A stretch of DNA of 64,000 nt. Origin: Chiloscyllium plagiosum. Taxonomy: Eukaryota. Positions within the stretch are counted from its first letter, which is position 1. Each line of letters opens with the position of its first letter. Shown here piece after piece: positions 23,600-34,231 of the stretch. A program made the position numbers and the translations under genes. Under the pieces are notes generated by a model. That model was given only the letters and a program-made list of their open reading frames with translations. It was not told the DNA's origin and made no database searches. The DNA lies in the NCBI RefSeq assembly GCF_004010195.1, contig NC_057720.1:3827938-3891937 (forward strand), in the 5' to 3' direction.

Positions 23600-24960
23600 T
23601 GGCAAAATGGCGGCAGAGTAGCACCCTCCACCCGGAGATTATTCCTTGTCTTTCCTCTCTTTTTTTGCTCTCACTTTAGCAATCCTGGAGCAGAGTAAGG
23701 GGGAATCCCGAGTCCCGGAGCAGGGAGATAGGGAATCCCGAGTCCCGGAGCAGAGTGAGGGGGAAACCGGAGTCCCGGAGCAGAGTGAAGAGGAATCCCG
23801 AGTCCCGGAGCAGGGAGAGGGGGAATCCTGAGTCCCGGAGCAGAGTGAGGGGGAATCCTGAGTCCCGGAGCAGAGTGAGGGGGAAACCGGAGTCCCGGAG
23901 CAGAGTGAAGAGGAATCCCGAGTCCCGGAGCAGGGAGAGAGGGAATCCCAAGTCCCGGAGCTGGGAGAGAGAGAATCCCAAGTCCCGGAGCTGGGAGAGG
24001 GGGAATCCCAAGTCCCGGAGCAGAATGAGGAGGAATCCCGAATCCCGGAACAGGGAGAGAGGGAATCCCAAGTCCCGGAGCAGAGCGAGGGGGAGCCCGA
24101 ATCCCAGAGCAGGGAAAGAGGGAATCTGGAGTCCCAGAGCAGAGCGAGGAGGAATCCCGAGTCCCGGAGCAGAGTGAGGAGGAATCCCGAGTCCCGGAGC
24201 AGGGAGAGAGGAAATCCTGAGTCCTGGATCAGGGAGAGGGGGAATCCCGAGTCCCAGAGCAGGGGAGAGGGGGAATCCTGAGTCCTGGAGTAGAGTTTGA
24301 GGGAATCCCGAGTTCCAGAGCAGGGAGAGGGGGAATTCCGAGTCCTGGAGCAGAGTTTGAGGGAATCCTGAGTCCCAGAGCAGGGAGAGGGGATGGGAGT
24401 CCCGGAGCAGGGAGAGGGGAAGGGAGTCTGGGAGCAGGGAGAGGGGGAATCCCGAGTCCCAGAGCAGGGAGAGGGGAAGGGAGTCCTGGAGCAGGGAGAG
24501 GGGGAATCCCGAGTCCCAGGACAGAGCGAGGGGAAGGGACTCCCAGAGCAGGGAGAGGGGAAGGGAGTCCTGGAGCAGTCCAACTTACCATGGTGCAGCT
24601 GAGTGCTGGTGCAGAGAGGACTGTGGGTGTAGGGTGGAGTGGGACTGTTGTTGGACTGGGGACTGGGGCCTGTTGCAGGCTGGTAATCCTGGTTGCTCAC
24701 TGAGTTGCAGGTACGCAATATTGATCTGAAATTCTTCACCGGACTGTAATGTTAATCCTTCAACTCAGTTATTACTATCTTATTTCTAAACTTTTTTTTT
24801 TAGATGCTATGAGTAATGCTACTACTTTTCTTTTTGTTACTCTTTTGAATCAAAGCTTTGTACCAAGGTATTTGTACCTAGGCTGGTGTCATTAAAGGTA
24901 GCCATTGTACTGTACCCCCCTACTGGAGTACAAATGACAATAAGGGATATTCTATTCTAC
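23600..24960 (+). mobile_element. Non-autonomous retro-like element carrying an internal GC-rich VNTR
   Basis: Begins CAAAATGGCGGC and ends GACAATAAGGGATATTCTATTCT. Splits a minus-strand CR1 remnant (GAATTCCAAAGACTC upstream, AGAAAATTTCCTCATC downstream). Confidence 0.5.
23685..24578. repeat. Minisatellite, about 30-bp unit GGGAATCCCGAGTCCCGGAGCAG(G/A)G(A/T)GAGG, roughly 30 copies
   Basis: Directly visible tandem units, with shorter variants toward the 3' end. Confidence 0.95.
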
Positions 24961-25065
24961 TAACAGAAAATTTCCTCATCTTTGTCCTATTTTTAAACTA
25001 TGATCTATCCCATTATCCATCTCATAACAAATTGGAATGGAAGGAAGTCATCTTCGGTCCTGAAT

Positions 25066-25097
<32 letters not shown>

Positions 25098-25163
25098 CAT
25101 TGAAGAACTATAGATGTACCTTCCCTGTGGCCTAATCATTCTTTAATTAAATATAATACCAAC

Positions 25164-25348
25164 CAGGATCAGATGTTTGAATGGGTAGAAATCGGAGATG
25201 CCTCCCCTTGATTTCATGTCATTAATAATATCTTCCTTTTTAATGAGCTTGTAAGGATGATCCTCAGTCACATCCTGGTCGATCACACACTGAAAAATTT
25301 CTTGAGTCCTCGAGGTCAGAACAAGAGGAATAACATCCTCATTGAAGG
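25164..25348 (-). CDS. DNAI3: DNAI3 coding exon (FNEDVIPLVLTSRTQEIFQCVIDQDVTEDHPYKLIKKEDIINDMKSRGGISDFYPFKHLIL)
   Basis: 185 nt, acceptor tttgcag and donor gttggt, phase 1 to 0. Resembles human HPEIYPLVLTTKTQEIFNCRIDEDVTDEQPYKLINKEDIFEDLRNRAAVSDFHPVKKIVQ. Not in the ORF track. Confidence 0.93.
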
Positions 25349-25548
25349 CTGCAAACAGGATTTAATCTCATTTACTTTAGAGTCAAGTCATAGGTTTCTA
25401 CTTGAAATACATTTTGATTTCAAAGCAATCGTATTAGCACAGGGTCACACTATGAAAAGCAGGTCAACTTGTTACTCTGTTTTATAACAGGTTACAAAGC
25501 AAAACCCTGTTGCTTTGGATCAATTCACACAAGATGATCCATTTTAAA

Positions 25549-26180
25549 TGGTTATGGACTAGACCAAACCACCTCAAGCTATAAGAAGAAGATAGCCTAG
25601 ACCATAATGTTTTCTTATTTTAAAGACAAGTACCAGGTGTTGCTTTTTGGATGCATTTCAATTGGTCAAACTACCTGGCTTGAAGTAAAATACATTTTAT
25701 TCATAGGCTATAGTTAAAATTCAACAAAAGAAAGGAGAAATTGGAATAACAACACTATTGGAAAGCTAAAAAAAATAATAGATTATTTAATTACTAAACA
25801 ATAATTGTTTCAATGCAGTAACATCTCATAAACACAATCCTTGGCAAAGGTAAATTCAGTAAAACAGATCGTCACACAGGCGATTCTCCAGTCCAGGACG
25901 AAAAACATTAAGAAAAAACTCTGAGAGAGAGAGAGGGTAGTCTGGAGAGATGTATTGCAGCTTCCAAACCCAACTTCACGATCCCAGCAACTGCGACTGA
26001 AACACTAGAACCAGAATTCCTGGTTCTGTGGGAGTTTGATCCCACCCATTCAGGCTGCTTCTATTGTTCCAATTTAAAAAAAAACCCAAGGCTTGATAAG
26101 CTGCTTACTTTATTGGCTCAGTGTAGACCAGTGTTAAAAAGGACAAAACGCACCTCTTATAGCCATAGCATTGTCATGAA
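25549..26180 (-). mobile_element. Probable solo LTR
   Basis: Degenerate TG(G)TTATG...GTCATGA termini, TTTATT (minus-strand polyA signal), and composition similar to the other LTRs here. Confidence 0.45.
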
Positions 26181-26382
26181 ATAGCATCAAATGTGATTGG
26201 AAAGAGGATTCAATTCTGTAGCTTTCAAATCCAGCAGGAAGGAGGGGACTATGCAGAGAGATGTAGTCCTATTGTGCACTTTGCCATGATCACGGTCAAT
26301 GTGGGAAGTACCTGTTGAACAGGAAGTACCACCTCCTTTCTTTCCTTGAGCCTGAATATGTTTGCATCATCATTAGCCACGA

Positions 26383-27826
26383 ATGAGTTCCGGAAGACTG
26401 GAGGGTAGCGAATGTTGTGCCCTTATTCAGGAAGGGCTGCAAAGAAAAACCTGGGATCTACAGACTAGTAAGTTTACATCTGTGGTTGGTAAGTTACTTG
26501 AGAAAATTCTGAGAGATAAGATATGCATGCATTTGGAAAGACAGGGTTTGATTGGGAGCAGTCAGCATGGCTTTGTGTGTGTATCATAAATTTGTTAAGA
26601 ATTCTCAGATAAAGTGACCAGAAAGGTTGACAATGGCAGGGGGTAGATGTAGCCTTTATGGATTTCAGTAAGGCCTTTAATAAGGTTCCACATGGTAGGC
26701 TGCTCTGGAATGTTAGATCACATGGAATCCAGGGAGAGCTGGCAAAATGGTTCCACAATTAGCCTGATGGTCGGAAGCAGAGGATAATAGTGGAAGGATG
26801 CTTGTCGGACTAGAGACCTGTGACTAGTGGAGTGCCTTAGGGGATGGTGCTGGGCCCATTACTGTTTGTTATCGATATCAATGATTTGGATGAAAATGGA
26901 CAAGGCATGATAAGTAAGTTTGCTGATGACACTAAAATAGGAGGGATCGTGGACAGTGAGGAAATTACAGCAGGACCTTGATCAGCTGGGGAATTGGGCT
27001 GAGAAATGGTAAATGGAATTTAATATAGATAAGTGTGAGGTCTTGCATTTTGAAAAGTCAAATCGAGGTAGGAGTTTCATGGTGAATGGTAGGGCCTTAA
27101 GGAATGTAGTGGAACAGAGGGACCTTGGAGTTCAGGTGCACGGTTCTCTGGAAGTGGAGTCCCAGGTAGACAGGGCCGTGAAGAAGGCTTTTGGCCCATT
27201 GGCCTTCATCAGTCAGGGCACTGAGTATAGAAGTTGGGAAGTTATGTTGCAGTTGTACAGGACGTTGGTGAAGCCGCACTTGGAATATTGTTTTCAGTTT
27301 TGGTCACCTTGCTGTAAGAAGGATGTTATTGAACTGGAAAGAGTGCAGAAGAAATTTACAAGGATGTTGGCAGGAGTAAAGGGTCTGAGTCATAGGGAGA
27401 GATTGGACAAGCTAGGACATTTTCTTTAGAGTGTCGGAGACTGAGGGGTATCTTATAGAAGTGTATAAGATCATGAGAGGCATGGATAGGGTGGATGCAC
27501 TCAATCTTTTTCCCAGGGTTGGGGAATCGAGGACTCGAGGGGCATCAGTTTAAGGTTAGAGGGGAAAGAATAAAAGTGAACCCAAGGGGCAACTTTTTTA
27601 CACAGAGGGTGGTACGCATATGGAATGAGCTGCCAGCAGAAGTGAATGAAGCGGGTACATTAACAACATTTCAAAGGCATTTGGACAAATACGTGGATAG
27701 GAAAAGTTTAGAAGGATATGGACCAAGTGCAGGGAAATGGGGTTAGCATGGATAGACATTTTGGTCGGCATGGACCAGTTTGGGCCAACGGGCCTTCCTC
27801 TGTGCTGTAGGACTCCATGACTCTCT
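26383..27826 (+). mobile_element. CR1 LINE, 5'-truncated RT
   Basis: SQHGF, MDFSKAFNKVPHG, KFADDTK, KPHLEYCFQFW, WNELPAEV and CR1 3' tail. Confidence 0.9.
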
Positions 27827-29287
27827 GATGATCCACAAATTGACGCCACAATAATCAATTTTTCTTTTGGTGTACTGACAGCTGATTTAAAGGAGTGTGC
27901 TGCGTGCACATCGTTTGCTATGTTTTCCATAATTTTTGTCTTTCCTCGCTCTGTTGAACAGTTTAGGTTATGTTAAGTGCCTTTGGTGTCTTGTTTTGTC
28001 TTTTCCACAGGGTGTGGACCTCACCCCCTTCTGAAGGGTATTTGGAGCTGGACAACGAATGCAAACTGATGCCCATGTCCACATAATCTCCAGGAAGACG
28101 TTTGCTTATACCAGACAAGGCACATATTTGCATAAAACCTGAATTAATAAGAGACTTGGCTTGCTGGTGGACACTGCCATCTGGCTGTAAATGTGAGAAT
28201 AAGAGCATTTTGGAAAAACCAAAACCAAAGTAGATTGCAAGGGGAACTTGAAACAGTGAAAGGAAACAATCAATAGACAGAAAGTGGATGAAGAAAAGGT
28301 TGAGGAAAGAAATAATCAGATTTCTAGAGGCTAAACATGTCATGGTGTGAGAACAAAAGCATGGCACTGAGATAAAAGATCTGTTGTGATCAGACAAAAG
28401 CTCCGAGCAGGCTTGATGGGCTGAATGGCCTCCTCCTGCTCCTATTTTCTATGTTTCAACATTTTCTCTAAGTTCATTGGTATAGGTAGGAAGCAATATA
28501 AAATGCTGTTTTATCTGAAATTCACATTTCAAATCTGGGTGTGATTATTTGGCTCAATCCCCTTTGTGTGAAATTGCAAAAATAAGGTCAATTTGAGAAC
28601 TGGAGATTTACAGCATCCACAGCTCTTCTGGTTTTTATTACGGAATGGAGATTTTGTTTCTCCCACATATATACATACTGACCTCCCGGCCTCGGCTGGG
28701 AATAACTGACACTCTACTAAGAGCAAGCAACTAGGAATTCGACTTGGCCGTCAGTCAGTCATCAGCAGATTTATCTGCTATCTGTAGTCTGACTTTGTTT
28801 TGCTGTTTCACGACAGACTTAGGAGGTTGCGCTGATACTCTAGCCCCATTCTGCTCAGAGTCGCAAAACTTAAAGGTTTTGTCGCAAAACTCAAAGTTCT
28901 CCAAGTTTCCTGTCGTGTACCCTGTTCACTGTATTCCAGACGGGTCTAACCAGGATTTTATGTAATTGCAGCCTCACTTCTACGTCCTTATTCTATAGTC
29001 CTCCACGTATAGCATCAGTGAATATCAAGTGAAAATCGGTGATTGTGACCGTAATATTGCCGGGATGTTGCTAATACCCATTTGGTTCAGAAATAGCTGA
29101 CAGTGAAAGAAATCTGCTGTCCTTACCTGGCCTGACCTACATGTGACTCCACACCTACAGAAAAGTGGTGCATTCCACACAGTCCCCTGAAATGGTTGTT
29201 CAGTTAAGGGGATATTAAGAATGGACAAAAAATATTGGCCTTGCCAGTGATGTTTACATCTCATTCAAGAGTTAAAAAAAAACTCAC

Positions 29288-29399
29288 TTCCAGATTTGAC
29301 TCTCTTTGCTGACTTCAAGCGTGTTTTGGACCGAACTCTGTCTTTCAACTTAGTTGTTGGTTTCAAGTCAGTAGGTGTGACGGGTCTAGATACTGCCAT
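29288..29399 (-). CDS. DNAI3: DNAI3 probable first coding exon (MAVSRPVTPTDLKPTTKLKDRVRSKTRLKSAKRVKSG); whole exon 29288-29420
   Basis: Acceptor tttctacag at 29421, ATG in GACATGG context, donor gtgagt. Phase-1 end is compatible with the 25348 exon. Basic N-terminus like human MAPKQKKKTSRGKKRLK, although sequence similarity is weak. Confidence 0.7.
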
Positions 29400-30668
29400 G
29401 TCACTCTCCTTGTTAGGAAGCTGTAGAAATTAACATGCTACAAGTCAGAAACAAAACTGTAGACTTAAAAAATGCTCATAATCTCAGTAAAATGCTTTGG
29501 ATAAACTACTCAACAGATGACCTGCATTACCAATGAACTGTATACACTTTTCTATTTGATTAGTATGTACTTTGAACCAATGAAGCTTTAACCCTATTCT
29601 GTCAGATCCAACTGTGACTTTAAAATCAAACTGCTCTGAAGAAATACATGTAATGTTGACTCTGGTTATTCTCCGCAGATGCTGTTGAGTTTCTCCAGCA
29701 ATTTGCTTCTTCTCTTCAGTTTGAATTCTACTTCTCTATTGTAACAATGAAAGGCATTTCTATTTATAACAGACCGAAATTGAAGTTTATAAGCATTGGG
29801 CCAGCTCCTGTTTTGCCTTTAGGACTGAGGCTTTAGGACTAAATTCACTCAAACTGGGGATCACTGAGCAGGTAATATCTGAGCAGGTGGTGGTGAGCTA
29901 CATTTAGATGACTGTGCTTGTGGGTTTGGAAGGTGCTGCCCAAGGAACTTTGGTGAATTTATGGAGCTCAGTAGTAGCAGCATATTAGCGAGTTTTGAGA
30001 AGATTTGTAGCTCAGGTTGAGGTTCTGGTTGTAGGTTTGCTTGCTGAGCTGGAAGGGTCACATGCTGGAAGTGTTTACTATCTGCAAGATGGACTGCAGA
30101 AATGTACCAAAGATCCTTAGACAGCGCCTTCCAAACCCACAAACACAGTCATCAAGAATAATAATGTACATGAGAATACCACTATCTCCAGATTTCCCTC
30201 TTAACCAATCCTCATCCTGACTTGGAAAATATCACCGTTCCTTCACTGTTGCTGGGTCTGAATTCCCTCTCAGGGCATTGTGGGTCACCCCACAGTGCAT
30301 GGACTGCAGAGATTCAAGAAAGCACCTCACTCCCACCCGGGGTGGCTCAGCAGTTAGCACTGCTGCTTCACAGCACCAGGAACCTGGGTTCGATTCCAGC
30401 TTCAGGTAACTGTCTGTGTGGGGTTTGCACATTCTCCCTGTGTCTGTGCGGATTTCCTCAAATCCTCTGTGGTCCCTGTTTGATACCTGATTTTTTTTCT
30501 CCTAAATTTTGTTCAAAATGCCTCATGATGCGGCAATATATTAAAAGTCCTACAGCAAATATATTAGACTGTAACACATTGGAGAAGAAGGCCACTTGCC
30601 CCATCGACTCTGCTTTGCCATTCGGTGAGATCATGGCTGATCCAATAATCCCCAATGTGGGGCAGATA

Positions 30669-30798
30669 TTCCTGATGAAGAGCTTATGCCCAAAATGTTG
30701 ACTCTCTTGCTCCTCAGATGCTGCCTGACCTGCTGTGCTTTTCCAGTGCCACATTTTTTGACTCTGATCTCCAGTATCTGCAGTCCTCACTTTCTCCC
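30669..30798 (+). mobile_element. Penelope-derived terminal repeat arm
   Basis: TTCCTGATGAAGAGCTTATGCCCAAAATG...GCAGTCCTCACTTTCTCC. A similar arm lies at 11649-11748. Confidence 0.7.
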
Positions 30799-31235
30799 AA
30801 CAATCCTCAACTTCACTTGCCTGCTTTTCCCACGTACCCCTTGTTAACCTTGCTCCATTGTAACGGTGAACATCCTAAGGGCACCTCATTGATATTTTGT
30901 AAAGCAAAGCTTATGTCATGTGCCATATAAGAGGTGCTAGGAATGGGTTCCAGTGTCTAGGGCCTGGATACTGAAAGTATGGCTGCCACCAAGAAAGTGA
31001 TTGAAATCAGGAAGGTCAAAAATGCTGCATTTGAGGAGCACAGAAAACTCAAACAGTTGTGGGGCTGGAGAAGATCACAGAGATAGGGAGAGGGAGACGC
31101 CATGGAGGGATTTCAATTTTGCCTCAAATTGGTCAAAGAATCAAGGAATTAAAAAAAATTAAACTGGATCCTGCTGTGGGTTAGATCATCAGTTTAGATG
31201 CACTCAGCAGAAATTTCTGGAAAAGAGCAACAGGT

Positions 31236-31545
31236 CATAGAGTCACAGAGATGTACAGCATGGAAACAGACCCCTTGGTCCATCTCTTCAATGCCAACCA
31301 GGTATCTTAAACTAATCTAATCCCATTTGCCAGCATTTGGCCCATACCTCTCTAAACCCTTCCTATTCATATACCCATCCAGATGCCTTTTAAATATTGT
31401 AATTGTACCAGCCTCCACCACTTCCTCTGGCAGCTCATTCCATACACGTACCACCCTCTGCGTGAAAAAGTTGCCCCTTAGGTCCCTTTTAAACTTTTCC
31501 CCTCTCACTCTAAACCTATGCCCTCTAGTTCTGGACTCCCCCATC
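31236..31545 (-). mobile_element. CR1 LINE 3' end
   Basis: ORF 31317-31544: SRTRGHRFRVRGEKFKRDLRGNFFTQRVVRVWNELPEEVV. Confidence 0.88.
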
Positions 31546-32131
31546 TCAGGGTGGCAGCATCTGTGGAGAGAAATTAAGAAATAAAAGCTTCAGGTAAAAT
31601 AACCCTCCGTTCAGAGGAAAGGTCACTGGACCCGAAATGTTAACTCTGATTTCTCTCCGCAGATGTTGTCAGACCTGCTGAGCTTTTCCAGCAATTTTTA
31701 TTTTTGTTTCTGACCTACTGCAGCCACAGTTCTTTAGGTCTTAGGTGCACTCAAAGTTGCTGAGACTGCAGCCCATTCACACACTCCAATGAATGTCACA
31801 CCATTACAGGTGCCATCTTCCGTATTGCAGCACGGAAGGAGGCCACTCGGCCCGTCGTGTCTGCACCAGTTCATCAAATGAGCATCTCTTTCTGGTTCCC
31901 TTCTCCCTCAAACTGTGCGCTTTCTCCCTTTATGAAAACAACAGTCTTTTACTGAGTCTGCCTCCACACCATCAAACACATCGAGTTGGTCTGTGCGATG
32001 CTGTAAAACCGGTATCAAGTTGAGGAATCAGTTGCATCTTGGACCAGGAGGGAGACAGAAGCCTCTGGCCCCTGAGCAGAATAGGTTTTTTATTTTTTTT
32101 TAATCTTAAAATAAGACATCCCCTTAAACCT

Positions 32132-32323
32132 GGAGAAAGTGAGGAGTGCGGATGCTGGAGAGTCAGAGTCGAGAGTGTGGTGCTGGAAAAGCACAGCGGG
32201 TCAGGCAGCATCCGAGGAGCAGCAGAGTCGATATTTCAGCCCATCATCAGGAATACTCGAAACGTCGACTCTCCTGCCTCTCGGATGCTGCCCGACCTGC
32301 TGTGCTTTTCCAGCCCCACTCTG
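32132..32323. mobile_element. Palindromic Penelope-derived short element
   Basis: Inverted arms around CATCAGGAATACTCGAAACGTCGAC. Confidence 0.7.
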
Positions 32324-32409
32324 ATCCCCTCAAACCTGTTCCCCCCCCCCCACACACGATGTGTTTATTTTCTCCAATCTACATTTCCCTGGGGCGGGGG
32401 GTCACTTAC

Positions 32410-32500
32410 ATTCATCCCTGGCTCCGGGCGGCTCCTCCTTTGTTGTCTCTCAGACTCTTCCGGCGTCTTTCGTCTCCATGGCGGTTGCTAGGAACCACCG
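32410..32500 (-). other. DNAI3: Probable non-coding first exon of DNAI3 (5' end uncertain)
   Basis: Consensus donor GAAT|gtaagt at 32409-32404, at the edge of the most CpG-dense unique region, upstream of the ATG exon. Confidence 0.6.
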
Positions 32501-32700
32501 GAACAAACCGCTGATTGACAGACCCTCCAACCAATAGCGGAGCCGGCGGGCGGCAGCACGCGCTCCGCTGGAAGCCGCTGCATTGTGGTGGCGCCCTGCA
32601 GCCTCTCTCCGCGGTGCTGCAGACGCCGGGGCTTTCGGCGGCGGTATTGAGCTGGAAGCTGGACTCTCGGAGGGTTGCAATGCCCAGTGCGGGTGCACCC
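32420..32700. promoter_or_regulatory. CpG-rich promoter with RFX X-box-like motifs and CCAAT boxes
   Basis: High CpG density. GTCTCCATGGCGG (32472-32484) and GGTTGCTAGGAACC (32483-32496) resemble RFX X-boxes. CTGATTG near 32511 and CCAAT at 32531. Confidence 0.7.
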
Positions 32701-32917
32701 ATTCCTGGCCATTCCTGGGTTGGATCATGGAGGGAGCAGCCCTCACATTGGTCAGAGGGCAGGACTGAGGGGCTGCTGCACTGTCTGAGGTGCCATCTTT
32801 CAAATGAAACCTGAGGTTCTGCCCTCGAGCTCTCAGGTGGATATAAAAGATCATTTGGCATTAGTCAAAGACCAATTTTAGTTCTCTAACAAACACTGAA
32901 ACACCCTCCAAAATGAA

Positions 32918-33331
32918 CTAGAATTCCCACAGTGTGGAAACAGGCCCTTCGGCCCAGCTTGTCCGCACCCGAACCGCTGAAGAGTAACCACCCAGACCTG
33001 TTCCCCTATTACTCTACATTTCCTCCTCACTAATGCACCTAACCTACACACCACTGAAAGCTATGGGTAATTTAGCATGATTCTAGATTATAGTGGTGCT
33101 GGAAAAGTTCAGGCAGCATCTGAGGACAAGAAAATCGAGGTTTCAGGCAAAAGTCCTTCATCAGGAATACAGCATGACCAATTCACCTAATCTGCACATC
33201 TTTGGATTGTGGGAGGAAACCCACACGGAGAACATGCAAACTCCACACAAACGGTTACCCAAGGCAGGAATCGAACCCAGGTCCCTTGCACTGGGCCAGC
33301 AGTGCTAACCACTAAACCACAATGCCACCCC
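32918..33331 (-). mobile_element. HE1-type V-SINE interrupted by a Penelope-derived piece (about 33080-33169)
   Basis: SINE motif TTTAGCATG is split and resumes at AGCATGACCAATTCACC. The insert contains GTGGTGCTGGAAAAG...CCTTCATCAGGAAT. Confidence 0.7.
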
Positions 33332-33552
33332 TCTAGTTATTATTCCATTGCTGTTTGTGGGAGCATACCATGTGCAAATTGACCCCCTTGTTTTCAATGT
33401 TACAGCACTCATTGGTTCTAAAGCAGTTTTGACATCTTCTGGTCATAAAATGTGAGTTCTCCAACGACATAGGTAGGAAGAGAGATGGGGATATAAAGCA
33501 GAAATTCAGGGAGCCAAAGTGGAAATTTGGAGCTGGAACAAACAGTTGCCCC

Positions 33553-34231
33553 CCACTTACCTCTGTCCAAGGCCGCAAAGGAGCCTTCCATATCCATCAA
33601 AGTTTCACCTGCACTTCCATACATGTCATTTACTGTATCCCTTTGCCCGATGCGGTCTCCTTTACATTGGGGAGACAGGACGCCTACTCGCAGAGTGCCT
33701 CAAAGAACATCTCCAGGATACCCCCACCGACCAACTCCACCGCCCCATGGCTGAACACTTCAACTCCCCCTCCCATTCCACCAAGGACATGCAGGTCCTG
33801 GGCCTCCTCCAGCGCCACTCCCTGACTGCCCAATGCCTAGAGGAAGAAGGCCTCATCTTCTGTCTCAGGGTCCTCCACCCCCATGGCATCAATGTGGATT
33901 TCACCAATTTCCTCATTTCTCTGCCCCCACCTTATCCCAGATCCAACCTTCCAATTCGGCACCGCCCTCATGACCTGTCGTATCTGTTTATCTTCCTTCC
34001 CACCTATCCACTCCACCTCCCCTCTGATCTATCAGTGTTATCCCCATCTCCATCCACCTATTGCACTATCACCTACCTTCCCGACACCGCCCACACTCCT
34101 CCCATTTATCTTACTATCCCCTTGGCTCGCAGCCTCATTCCTGATAAAGAGCTTTTGCCCAAAACGTTGACTCTACTGCTCCTCAGATGCTGCGTGACCT
34201 GCTGTGCTTTTCCAGCGCCACAGTGTCGACT
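33553..34231 (+). mobile_element. Penelope-like element 3' part: GIY-YIG endonuclease plus terminal repeat
   Basis: RCGLLYIGETGRLLAECLKEHL...MAEHFNSPSH...LHPHGINVDF, followed by CCTGATAAAGAGCTTTTGCCCAAAACG. Confidence 0.85.

Noticed and set aside
23639..24739. 366-aa Ser/Pro-rich ORF, sense to DNAI3
   Set aside because: Arises from a 30-bp minisatellite that lacks stops in several frames on both strands. No splice or homology support.
28025..28139. AG/GT-bounded minus-strand segment within ORF 27963-28397 as a DNAI3 exon
   Set aside because: No resemblance to DNAI3 and not needed to keep the frame.
32412..32861. Several overlapping ORFs at the CpG-rich region
   Set aside because: Expected in GC-rich sequence with few stop codons. 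No recognisable protein.
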